From assembly GCA_965227345.1 (NCBI GenBank), contig OZ245755.1, positions 1,141,351-1,205,350 of the forward strand: DNA of 64,000 bases. Reading direction: 5' to 3'. Below the pieces are notes generated by a model, which was not told the origin of the DNA, made no database searches, and saw only the letters and a program-made list of their open reading frames with translations. Below, in pieces: positions 28,439 to 36,424 of this stretch. The stretch's first letter is position 1, and every line of letters begins with the position of its first letter. Made by a program: the position numbers and the translations under genes. The DNA is from Sphingomonadales bacterium (lineage in GTDB: Bacteria; Pseudomonadota; Alphaproteobacteria; Sphingomonadales; G965227345).

Positions 28439-29104
28439 CTAGTTCACCCTTAACAGATCAACCAGTTCGCCGACACCACTGCCCCGCGGCACGGTAACCA
28501 GTGGCAAGTCGGGCAGGAAGCGCCGAATGGTCTCGGCCGTTTCATCAATCGGTACCGGACTGGTTTCTGATTCCGTCACAACAATGGCCGCAATCACCAG
28601 CCCGTGGCGACGCATGGCCCGGGCCGTGGCAAGCGTATGACTGATGGTGCCCAGATAGGAACCGACCACCAGCAGGGATGGCAAGCCCAACGCGCCAATC
28701 CAGTCCGCCACAACATGCTTCTCATCCAAAGGCACAAAAGCCCCGCCCACACCCTCTATCAGCAACAGATCCTCGGGTCCCTGAGCACATTCCCGACAGA
28801 ATTGCAAAAGACCGGGATAATCCACCGACGTTTCTTCACGTCTTGCGGCCATATCCGGCGAAAGCGCCTGCTTGTAGCGCCAAGGTGAAATGCTGTCGAT
28901 CTGCGCCTGATCAAACGGTCTGCCTAGCGCCTGAATGATATTCGCTGTGTCGCTGGTCGCGGCCGAGCCTTCATCAAATCCGCTGATCAGGGGCTTGATA
29001 GCCCGCACCTTGCGCCCCCTTGTCAACGCCTCGCGTATCACGGCTGCAGTGATATAGGTCTTGCCAATATCTGTACCCGTAGAGGTTACAAAATAGCCTC
29101 GCAT
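28439..29104 (-). CDS. bioD: dethiobiotin synthase
   Basis: N-terminal P-loop FVTSTGTDIGKTY; 221 aa; starts 3 nt after the bioF stop. Confidence 0.85.
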   Translation of the reverse strand: MRGYFVTSTGTDIGKTYITAAVIREALTRGRKVRAIKPLISGFDEGSAATSDTANIIQALGRPFDQAQIDSISPWRYKQALSPDMAARREETSVDYPGLLQFCRECAQGPEDLLLIEGVGGAFVPLDEKHVVADWIGALGLPSLLVVGSYLGTISHTLATARAMRRHGLVIAAIVVTESETSPVPIDETAETIRRFLPDLPLVTVPRGSGVGELVDLLRVN

Positions 29105-29107
29105 TCT

Positions 29108-30271
29108 CTATCCCCCTAACGGTCTTATACCAAGTTTGCGCATGGCATCTGCAAGCCTGACAACATCTTCATCGCGGTGATTGGCCGTAAAAGTCGTCCG
29201 TAACCGCGCCGTGCCGTCTGGTACAGTCGGGGGGCGGATGGCCGAAATCAGAAACCCCTGATCCCGCAGTTTTAGCGACATCTGCATGGCCTTGTTTGCG
29301 TCGCCGACGATAATCGGCACGATGCAGGTCACGGGTTCCGGCAGATTCATTTCACGACAGAACAACCGGGCCTTTTCCACCGGCCTTTGTCGCAATGCCG
29401 GATCGCTTTCAATAATCGCAAGCGCGGCAATGCTGGCGGCAATCACAGCAGGCGGCAGACCGGTTGTGAATATCAGGCTGCGCGCCCTGTTGCGCATAAA
29501 ATCAATTACTTTTTTTGACGCACACAAATAGCCGCCGTAGCTGCCCACAGCCTTTGACAAGGTGCCCATCTGCAGGGGCACACGGGCTTTTTGGCCGTTG
29601 GTAAAGCTGCTGCCACGGCCATCGCCCAGAATACCGATACCATGAGCGTCATCCGTCATCAGCCAGGCGTCATACTTTTCGGCCAGTGGCACCAGTTCAT
29701 CCAGCGGTGCCAGATCACCATCCATGCTGAACACGCCGTCGGTCAACACCATGGCGCGGGGGTGGTTTCCACGATGATCCCGCAACAATGTTTCCAGATG
29801 CGCCATATCATTGTGGCGAAAAACATGACAGCTGCCATGTGATAACCGGGCACCTGCAAAAATGCAGGCATGTGCCAGCTCATCGACAAAAACAACATCC
29901 TGTTCGCTGATCAGGGCGGGGATGATGCCAATATTCGCCATATAGCCGCTACCAAAGACAAGCGCGTCCTCAGCACCCTTCAATTTGGCGAGACGACTTT
30001 CCAGCTCGCTGTAGAGCGGATGACTGCCTGTCACAAGACGCGAAGCACCGGCACCGGCACCATAGCGATCAATGGCCGCCTGTGCGCCTGCCTTCACATC
30101 GGGATGCTGGCTCAGGTTCAGGTAATCATTGCAGCAAAAGGAAATCAGATGCGCATCGCCACGATCCGCCGACCCGTCTTCATGGCGGTCGGTCGTCACA
30201 ATTTCGCGGTACAGACCTTCGTCTGTCAGCTTATCCAGCTTTGCCGTGACAAATTTTTCCAGTGAGTCCAT
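29108..30271 (-). CDS. bioF: 8-amino-7-oxononanoate synthase
   Basis: Alpha-oxoamine synthase family: CCNDYLNLSQHP, DDAHGIG, and the PLP-Lys context GTLSKAVGSYGG. Confidence 0.85.
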   Translation of the reverse strand: MDSLEKFVTAKLDKLTDEGLYREIVTTDRHEDGSADRGDAHLISFCCNDYLNLSQHPDVKAGAQAAIDRYGAGAGASRLVTGSHPLYSELESRLAKLKGAEDALVFGSGYMANIGIIPALISEQDVVFVDELAHACIFAGARLSHGSCHVFRHNDMAHLETLLRDHRGNHPRAMVLTDGVFSMDGDLAPLDELVPLAEKYDAWLMTDDAHGIGILGDGRGSSFTNGQKARVPLQMGTLSKAVGSYGGYLCASKKVIDFMRNRARSLIFTTGLPPAVIAASIAALAIIESDPALRQRPVEKARLFCREMNLPEPVTCIVPIIVGDANKAMQMSLKLRDQGFLISAIRPPTVPDGTARLRTTFTANHRDEDVVRLADAMRKLGIRPLGG

Positions 30272-30383
30272 GAAATATTAAGTCTCTCGGGCCTATAAAC
30301 CCGCTGGTTGGAAACGGGCTGCATATTGGCAGGATCAGCAGTTCTGTCAACGACGCTTTTTGAAAAAGCAGTCCGCTTTTCGC

Positions 30384-30421
30384 CTTGACTTGGCAATTGC
30401 GGTCAGAGACTGTGCGGTCAA
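30384..30421 (+). promoter_or_regulatory. copy A of a duplicated promoter/operator-like element (CTTGACT-N15-GAGACTGTGCGGNCAA)
   Basis: CTTGACT at 30384-90, then 15 nt, then GAGACTGTGCGG at 30406-17, then TCAA. It ends 25 nt before the TTG start of the AsnB-like gene. It can be read as -35 CTTGAC, a 16-nt spacer and -10 GAGACT. Confidence 0.45.
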
Positions 30422-30446
30422 GCCACCGGGATCAGGAGAAAAAACA

Positions 30447-32171
30447 TTGGGCGCCTTTGCCATCATCCGCGGTAAAAAAAACCGGCAGCGGGATACGTTG
30501 GAAGAGAAAATCGCGTCATCCCTGCACAAGCAGGGATTTGCCGCGCCTGACCTTATCGATCATCCCCATGCGCTGGTGTTATTGTGCCCCAAAATGGTCT
30601 CGAGCGAGACGAACCTTGTGCGCCTTGATAATGGTGATTTTGCCTTTTACACCGGCACCCTGATATATAGGCATTTGACCGGCATGCCAGCCCTGAACGA
30701 GATTTTGGCCCTGCCGGGCAGCACATTGCCCGAGCGCGCCGACCTTGCCGGTTGCTTTACCCTTGTGGTCGCAAAAGGCAAAACAATCCATATTATGGTG
30801 GATCCGCTTGGCACATACAGGCTTTACCATCATGAAAATGACAAGGTCTGGTCAAGTTCATTTCTGGCTGTTGCCGCCACAGTAGACAAGCCCCGGATCA
30901 ATGACCATGAAGTCTATGAATATGTTTTTGACGGTGCGACCTATGGCACAAAAACCGTCCTGCAACAGGTCAGCATGCTTGCCCCCGATACCGCGGTCAG
31001 CCTGAACCGGGCCCTGACCAGAAAAACATTGCCATCCCTTTCCTCGCCATCCATGCCCGCAGACCGGGCCGGCATGACAAGCCATCATGTCGACCTGCTG
31101 CGCGACCTGTTCGGACGTACCGTCAAGGCGTTTGGTGGCAAGATAGATATGGCGCTGACCGCCGGATATGACAGCCGGCTGATGCTGGCACTATGCAGGG
31201 ACGCAGGCATAACACCGCGTCTTCATGTATACGGACCGCCGGATGACACTGATGTGAAGGTCGCACTTGCCATTGGCAAGGCAGAAGGTCTTGACGTTAA
31301 ACATGTCGACAAATCTATCAAAAAGCCCCTTGAAGCAGAAAGCTTCGCCGACATTGTGAAAGCCCAGTTTTATGCGTTTGACGGCTGCCCGCCAGACGGC
31401 GTATTGGGCAACGGTGCCGATCTGGCGACCCGGAGGGAGCGCTGCGAAGACAATTATCTGTCGCTGAACGGCGGCTGCGGCGAAATCTATCGGAACTTTT
31501 TTTACCTGCCTGATCGATCCTTCAGTGTGCGGGAAATTTTGTGGTCATTCTGGAGCCAGTTTGACCCCAAAAGCTGCAGAGACGGATTTGACGAAGATCA
31601 GTATATCTGCACACTTGCCCAAAAGGCCCTGACGGACCTGAATGGACATCACCAAACGCTGACACGGGCAGAGGTTGAATATCTGTATCCGGTTTTCCGT
31701 GGGCGCTACTGGACGGCACGCAATACGTGCGTCAATCTGCGCTTTGGCGACGCCGCAACGCCGTTCCTGGACGCCTCGCTGGTCAGGCCTGCGGCCGATA
31801 TTCCGATGCCAATCAAATATGCCGGTGCCTTTGAGGCCGCCCTTGTAGAGGCCATCAGCCCGGCACTTGCGGCCCATCCTTCAGATTATGGGCACAGCTT
31901 TGCCGACCCCCCCAATCTGAAACACAGATTCTCGGAATGTGCGACGCGCATTCGCCCCGCATTTCTCCGCAGGCTAACCTTTCGGTTGCGGAACCGGTAC
32001 CGCCCGGCACCCCTGCCCGAATATCTGACAGCCAAATTCACAGACAGGCTGTTTCCCGACGGCATCCGGTATATGGATCGGTATTTTCATCGGGATCAAA
32101 TTCACGACGCCGGACAGATGAATCGCATTCTGACACTCGAATATCTGTTCCAGACGGTTAAAGCAGAGTAG
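30447..32171 (+). CDS. asparagine-synthetase-family protein lacking the N-terminal catalytic Cys (paralog A)
   Basis: Start set to TTG 30447 (AGGAG SD 8 nt upstream) because paralog B starts at the equivalent TTG-GAFAIIR. AsnB-order motifs: GCFTLVV, DPLGTYRLYH, VWSSSFLA, PP-loop position LTAGYDSR, and C-terminal PFLDASLVRPAADIP. Confidence 0.7.
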   Translation: MGAFAIIRGKKNRQRDTLEEKIASSLHKQGFAAPDLIDHPHALVLLCPKMVSSETNLVRLDNGDFAFYTGTLIYRHLTGMPALNEILALPGSTLPERADLAGCFTLVVAKGKTIHIMVDPLGTYRLYHHENDKVWSSSFLAVAATVDKPRINDHEVYEYVFDGATYGTKTVLQQVSMLAPDTAVSLNRALTRKTLPSLSSPSMPADRAGMTSHHVDLLRDLFGRTVKAFGGKIDMALTAGYDSRLMLALCRDAGITPRLHVYGPPDDTDVKVALAIGKAEGLDVKHVDKSIKKPLEAESFADIVKAQFYAFDGCPPDGVLGNGADLATRRERCEDNYLSLNGGCGEIYRNFFYLPDRSFSVREILWSFWSQFDPKSCRDGFDEDQYICTLAQKALTDLNGHHQTLTRAEVEYLYPVFRGRYWTARNTCVNLRFGDAATPFLDASLVRPAADIPMPIKYAGAFEAALVEAISPALAAHPSDYGHSFADPPNLKHRFSECATRIRPAFLRRLTFRLRNRYRPAPLPEYLTAKFTDRLFPDGIRYMDRYFHRDQIHDAGQMNRILTLEYLFQTVKAE

Positions 32172-32188
32172 TATAAACGCCATTTCAA

Positions 32189-32226
32189 CTTGACTCAGGG
32201 CGCTGTCTCGGAGACTGTGCGGCCAA
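32189..32226 (+). promoter_or_regulatory. copy B of the duplicated promoter/operator-like element
   Basis: CTTGACT at 32189-95, then 15 nt, then GAGACTGTGCGG at 32211-22, then CCAA. It begins 18 nt after the paralog-A stop and ends 32 nt before the bioB ATG. Confidence 0.45.
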
Positions 32227-32258
32227 ATACAAGTCAACAGGATGGAGACTTTGGATAG

Positions 32259-33272
32259 ATGACTGTCGCCCAGACGATACCCGCAAACGGAACCCCCGTT
32301 GATACACCTGCAGATCTGGCAAACGATGGCCTGCGCCATGACTGGACGAGACCGGAAATTGAAGCACTGTTTGATCTGCCCTTCAATGATCTGATGTTTC
32401 AGGCCCAAAGTCTGCATCGCCAGAATTTCGACGCCAACAAGGTGCAGCTGAGCCAGCTGATCTCTATCAAGACCGGCGGCTGCCCGGAAGACTGCAAATA
32501 TTGTCCGCAATCTTCGCATTTTGAAACATCTGTTGATGCTGCCAAGCTGATGGAAGTTGACACCGTACTGGCCGACGCGGCCAAGGCGCAAGCCGCCGGG
32601 GCCAGTCGTTATTGTATGGGGGCCGCCTGGCGGTCGCCCAAGGATCGGGACATGGAAAAAGTCTGCGCCATGATCGAAGGCGTCAAGGCCATGGGCATGG
32701 AAACATGTGTAACGCTGGGCATGCTGAATGATTCCCAGGCGAAGCGGCTAAAGCAATCCGGGCTTGATTATTACAATCACAACATCGACACGTCGGAAGA
32801 GTTTTACGGCGAGATCATCACCACCCGTTGTTATGAAGATCGACTGGAAACCCTGTCTCATGTGCGTGACGCGGGCATTAATGTCTGCTGTGGCGGCATT
32901 GTCGGTATGGGCGAAGGACGCGGCGACCGTGCCGGTATGCTTGAAACACTGGCCAATATGCCCAAGCATCCCGAAAGCGTGCCCATTAATCTGCTGGTAC
33001 AGGTAGAAGGCACACCGATGTTCGGACAGGACGCGCTAGATCCGTTTGAATTCGTCCGCACCATTGCTGTCGCCCGCATCATGATGCCGCATAGCTTTGT
33101 TCGCCTGTCCGCCGGACGGGAACATATGAGCGACGAATTGCAGGCGCTCACCTTCCTTGCCGGTGCCAATTCGATTTTTTACGGCGAACAATTGCTGACC
33201 ACGCCCAACCCTGCCGAAAACAGCGACATCGCCCTGTTTGACCGCCTTGGGATTGCGCCGCTCAAGCTATAG
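32259..33272 (+). CDS. bioB: biotin synthase
   Basis: Radical-SAM motif [22 protein letters not shown], and GGIVGMGE. Confidence 0.95.
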   Translation: MTVAQTIPANGTPVDTPADLANDGLRHDWTRPEIEALFDLPFNDLMFQAQSLHRQNFDANKVQLSQLISIKTGGCPEDCKYCPQSSHFETSVDAAKLMEVDTVLADAAKAQAAGASRYCMGAAWRSPKDRDMEKVCAMIEGVKAMGMETCVTLGMLNDSQAKRLKQSGLDYYNHNIDTSEEFYGEIITTRCYEDRLETLSHVRDAGINVCCGGIVGMGEGRGDRAGMLETLANMPKHPESVPINLLVQVEGTPMFGQDALDPFEFVRTIAVARIMMPHSFVRLSAGREHMSDELQALTFLAGANSIFYGEQLLTTPNPAENSDIALFDRLGIAPLKL

Positions 33273-33281
33273 GCGTTATTT

Positions 33282-34571
33282 ATGGCCGACGACATCAAGC
33301 AGGTCCCTGACTGGTACACAGACGGCTACCAACATATTTGGCTGCCCTATACCCAAATGCAGACAGCTCCCGATGCCCTGCCCGTGGCCTCTACCGAGGG
33401 CGTTCGCATCCAACTGACCGACGGCCAGGAACTGATTGATGGCATTGCCAGCTGGTGGACCGCCTGCCACGGCTATAATCATCCCCATATCCGGAAAGCC
33501 ATGATGTCACAGATCGACACCATGTCCCATGTTATGCTGGGCGGGCTGGTGCATGAACCGGCTGTAAGGCTTGCCAAACGGTTGGCCGACATTCTCCCGG
33601 GTGACCTGAACCATGTATTCTTTTCCGAATCCGGGTCTGTGTCAGTCGAAATCGCCATGAAAATGGCAGTACAATACTGGCTGAACAAGGGCGAGCATGG
33701 CCATACACGCTTTGTCAGTTTCCGGTCCGGCTATCACGGTGACACATCCGCCGCCATGTCGGTCTGTGATCCGGAAGACGGCATGCACAAACATTTTGCC
33801 GGCTATCTGACAGAGCAATTCATTGTCGATTTTCCCCGCACGCCTGGCGCGCTGGATATTTTTGACAATTTACTAAAAGACAAGCGGGGCGAGATTGCGG
33901 CCGTCATGGTCGAACCTCTGGTGCAGGGGGCGGGGGGGATGAAAATGCATCATCCGCACGAACTGGCCGCCATGGCTGAAATTTGCAAGCGCCATGACGT
34001 GTTGCTGATTGCCGACGAAATTTTTACGGGCTTCGGGCGCACCGGCAGCATGTTCGCGTGTGAACAGGCGGGCATTGTGCCGGATATCATGTGTCTGGGC
34101 AAAGCGCTAACCGGCGGAGTTGCCCCGATGGCAGCAACCGTTGCCACTGACCGGGTTTACGATGCATTTCTGTCTGACGACCCCTCCAGGGCCTTTATGC
34201 ACGGGCCCACCTTCATGGCCAACCCCCTGACATGTGCGGCTGCAAATGCCTCACTTGACCTGTTTGAAAATGAACCGCGACTGGAGCAGGTCAGACGGAT
34301 CGAGGGCCATTTAAGCCAGTCGATGGAACAATTCCGCGACCTGCCGGGCGTTCTGGATGTGCGGGTGAAAGGTGCCGTCGGGGCCATTGAGCTTGACCGG
34401 ATTGTGGACGCAACCTGGATGAAAGATCGTTTTCGTGAAGAAGGCGTCTGGATCAGACCCGTTGGGAACACTATATATCTGACACCATCATTTACGATTG
34501 AATCTGCTGATCTGGCCAGACTGACCAATGCTATCGGCACTATATTGCAGGAAAGACCATGGATCAGATAA
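33282..34571 (+). CDS. bioA: adenosylmethionine-8-amino-7-oxononanoate aminotransferase
   Basis: Class-III aminotransferase: SWWTACHGYNHP, LIADEIFTGFGRTG, and the PLP-Lys context CLGKALTGG. Confidence 0.9.
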   Translation: MADDIKQVPDWYTDGYQHIWLPYTQMQTAPDALPVASTEGVRIQLTDGQELIDGIASWWTACHGYNHPHIRKAMMSQIDTMSHVMLGGLVHEPAVRLAKRLADILPGDLNHVFFSESGSVSVEIAMKMAVQYWLNKGEHGHTRFVSFRSGYHGDTSAAMSVCDPEDGMHKHFAGYLTEQFIVDFPRTPGALDIFDNLLKDKRGEIAAVMVEPLVQGAGGMKMHHPHELAAMAEICKRHDVLLIADEIFTGFGRTGSMFACEQAGIVPDIMCLGKALTGGVAPMAATVATDRVYDAFLSDDPSRAFMHGPTFMANPLTCAAANASLDLFENEPRLEQVRRIEGHLSQSMEQFRDLPGVLDVRVKGAVGAIELDRIVDATWMKDRFREEGVWIRPVGNTIYLTPSFTIESADLARLTNAIGTILQERPWIR

Positions 34572-36355
34572 CCAACCCTTATACAGCCCGTCTTGAGAAC
34601 CTGCGCAGTGAAATGACCCGTCTGGGATTGTCCGGATATGTCGTTGCCCATACGGACGAGCACCGCAGCGAATATACCCCCGATTATGCCCAGCGGCTGG
34701 CCTGGCTGACCGGCTTTACCGGCTCTGCCGGGCAAGCCGTAGTGCTTGCCGACAAAGCCGCCATGTTTGTTGACGGGCGCTATACACTCCAGGTTCAGGC
34801 ACAGGTTGATGCGGCGAACTACACCTTTCTGCATCTGACCGAAAACCCGCCGCAGGAATGGATCGTTGAAAATGCCCGTGCAGGCGACCGTATTGGCTTT
34901 GACCCCTGGCTTCATACAATCAACTGGGTGAATGATCTGCGGGAAGGTCTTGCGACCAGGGGGGCCGAGCTGGTCGTCGTCGACACCAACCCCGTTGATG
35001 TTATCTGGCACGATCAACCCTCCCCTTCCACACGTCCGGCCATACCGCATGATATTCAATTTGCAGGCAAAAGTTCAGCCGACAAGCGCCAGGAGATTGC
35101 CGAAAACATAAAAAAGGCCGGGGCTGATGCCGCTGTATTTACGGCGCTTGATTCCATTGCCTGGCTATTCAACATTCGCGGCACTGACGTTGACCACACG
35201 CCTCTGGTGATCTCTTTTGCCATTCTGCACGCTGACGCTTCTGCCGATCTGTTTATCGATCCGAAGAAAATCACAGATGAGGTGCGAAGCCATCTGGGTG
35301 ATCAGGTTCGCCTGCACCCCAAATCTGATTTCATGACCGGATTGAATGCCCTTGGCCCAACCAAAAAAACCGTGCTTGTAGACCCCGTCAGTGCCTCGGC
35401 TGCCGTATTCAACATTCTTGAAAGCGCAGGCGTCATCATCAAGCGCCAGACGGACCTGTGCCAGTTGCCAAAAGCTGTAAAGAACGCCACAGAGGTCGAA
35501 GGCACGCGGGCAGCCCATCTGCGTGATGGCGCGGCATTAACACGGTTTCTGGCCTTTATGGCCGAACACGGGCCTAAAGGCACGCTTGATGAAGTCGCCG
35601 CGTCAGATCAGCTGGAAACTTTCCGTCGGGAAACCAACCAGTTAAAAGACCTGAGCTTTGACAGCATTTCAGGAGCAGGGCCCAATGGTGCCATTGTCCA
35701 TTATCGCGCCATGCCGGAGAGCGCCCGCAAGATTGAAAGCGGCATACTTTATTTAATCGACAGTGGCGGCCAGTATCTGGACGGGACAACCGATGTCACC
35801 CGCACCATCGCCATTGGCACCCCCGGCGCCGAAGAAAAAGACCGGTTCACAAGGGTATTGAAAGGACATATCGCCATTGCCACCGCCCGGTTCCCCAAGG
35901 GAACATCGGGCGCACAGCTTGATGCACTGGCGCGCATGCCACTGTGGCAGGCCGGCCTGAACTACGATCATGGCACAGGCCACGGTGTTGGCAGCTATCT
36001 GGGCGTTCACGAGGGCCCGCAAGGCATTGCCAAATCATATACGACAACACCGCTGCAACCCGGCATGATCGTCTCTAACGAACCCGGCTACTACAAGACG
36101 GGCCATTACGGCATCCGGATTGAAAATCTTGTTGTTGTTCAGGAAGCCGACAAGAGCAAGGGCGAGATCCCCGTTTTCGCGTTTGAAACATTGACGCTTG
36201 CACCTATAGACACAAATCTGATTGATCGGTCCCTGCTAACCGACGACGAAGCCGACTGGCTGAACACTTATCACGCCCGTGTAGCAGAGGTTATCACCCC
36301 GCTTGTCGATGCGAAAACAGCTGCATGGCTGGCACAGGCAACGAAGCCCGTTTAG
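34559..36355 (+). CDS. pepP: Xaa-Pro aminopeptidase (aminopeptidase P, M24B)
   Basis: Pita-bread metal ligands in DSGGQYLDGTTDVTRT, HGTGHGVG, SNEPGYY and IRIENL. The ATG overlaps the bioA stop by 13 nt. Confidence 0.85.
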   Translation: MDQITNPYTARLENLRSEMTRLGLSGYVVAHTDEHRSEYTPDYAQRLAWLTGFTGSAGQAVVLADKAAMFVDGRYTLQVQAQVDAANYTFLHLTENPPQEWIVENARAGDRIGFDPWLHTINWVNDLREGLATRGAELVVVDTNPVDVIWHDQPSPSTRPAIPHDIQFAGKSSADKRQEIAENIKKAGADAAVFTALDSIAWLFNIRGTDVDHTPLVISFAILHADASADLFIDPKKITDEVRSHLGDQVRLHPKSDFMTGLNALGPTKKTVLVDPVSASAAVFNILESAGVIIKRQTDLCQLPKAVKNATEVEGTRAAHLRDGAALTRFLAFMAEHGPKGTLDEVAASDQLETFRRETNQLKDLSFDSISGAGPNGAIVHYRAMPESARKIESGILYLIDSGGQYLDGTTDVTRTIAIGTPGAEEKDRFTRVLKGHIAIATARFPKGTSGAQLDALARMPLWQAGLNYDHGTGHGVGSYLGVHEGPQGIAKSYTTTPLQPGMIVSNEPGYYKTGHYGIRIENLVVVQEADKSKGEIPVFAFETLTLAPIDTNLIDRSLLTDDEADWLNTYHARVAEVITPLVDAKTAAWLAQATKPV

Positions 36356-36424
36356 CCGTTTGTCACACTTTCCAGACCCGCCCGTCTTGGTATTCGTACA
36401 GAATATGAAGCGCGGGAGGAAAGT

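Noticed and set aside
30360-30446. ATG 30360 as the start of AsnB-like paralog A (603 aa).
   Set aside because: Paralog B begins at a TTG exactly at the aligned GAFAIIR position with its own SD. TTG 30447 has an AGGAG SD 8 nt upstream. The 29-aa extension would also cover the conserved CTTGACT-N15-GAGACTGTGCGG element, which recurs in clearly non-coding DNA before bioB.
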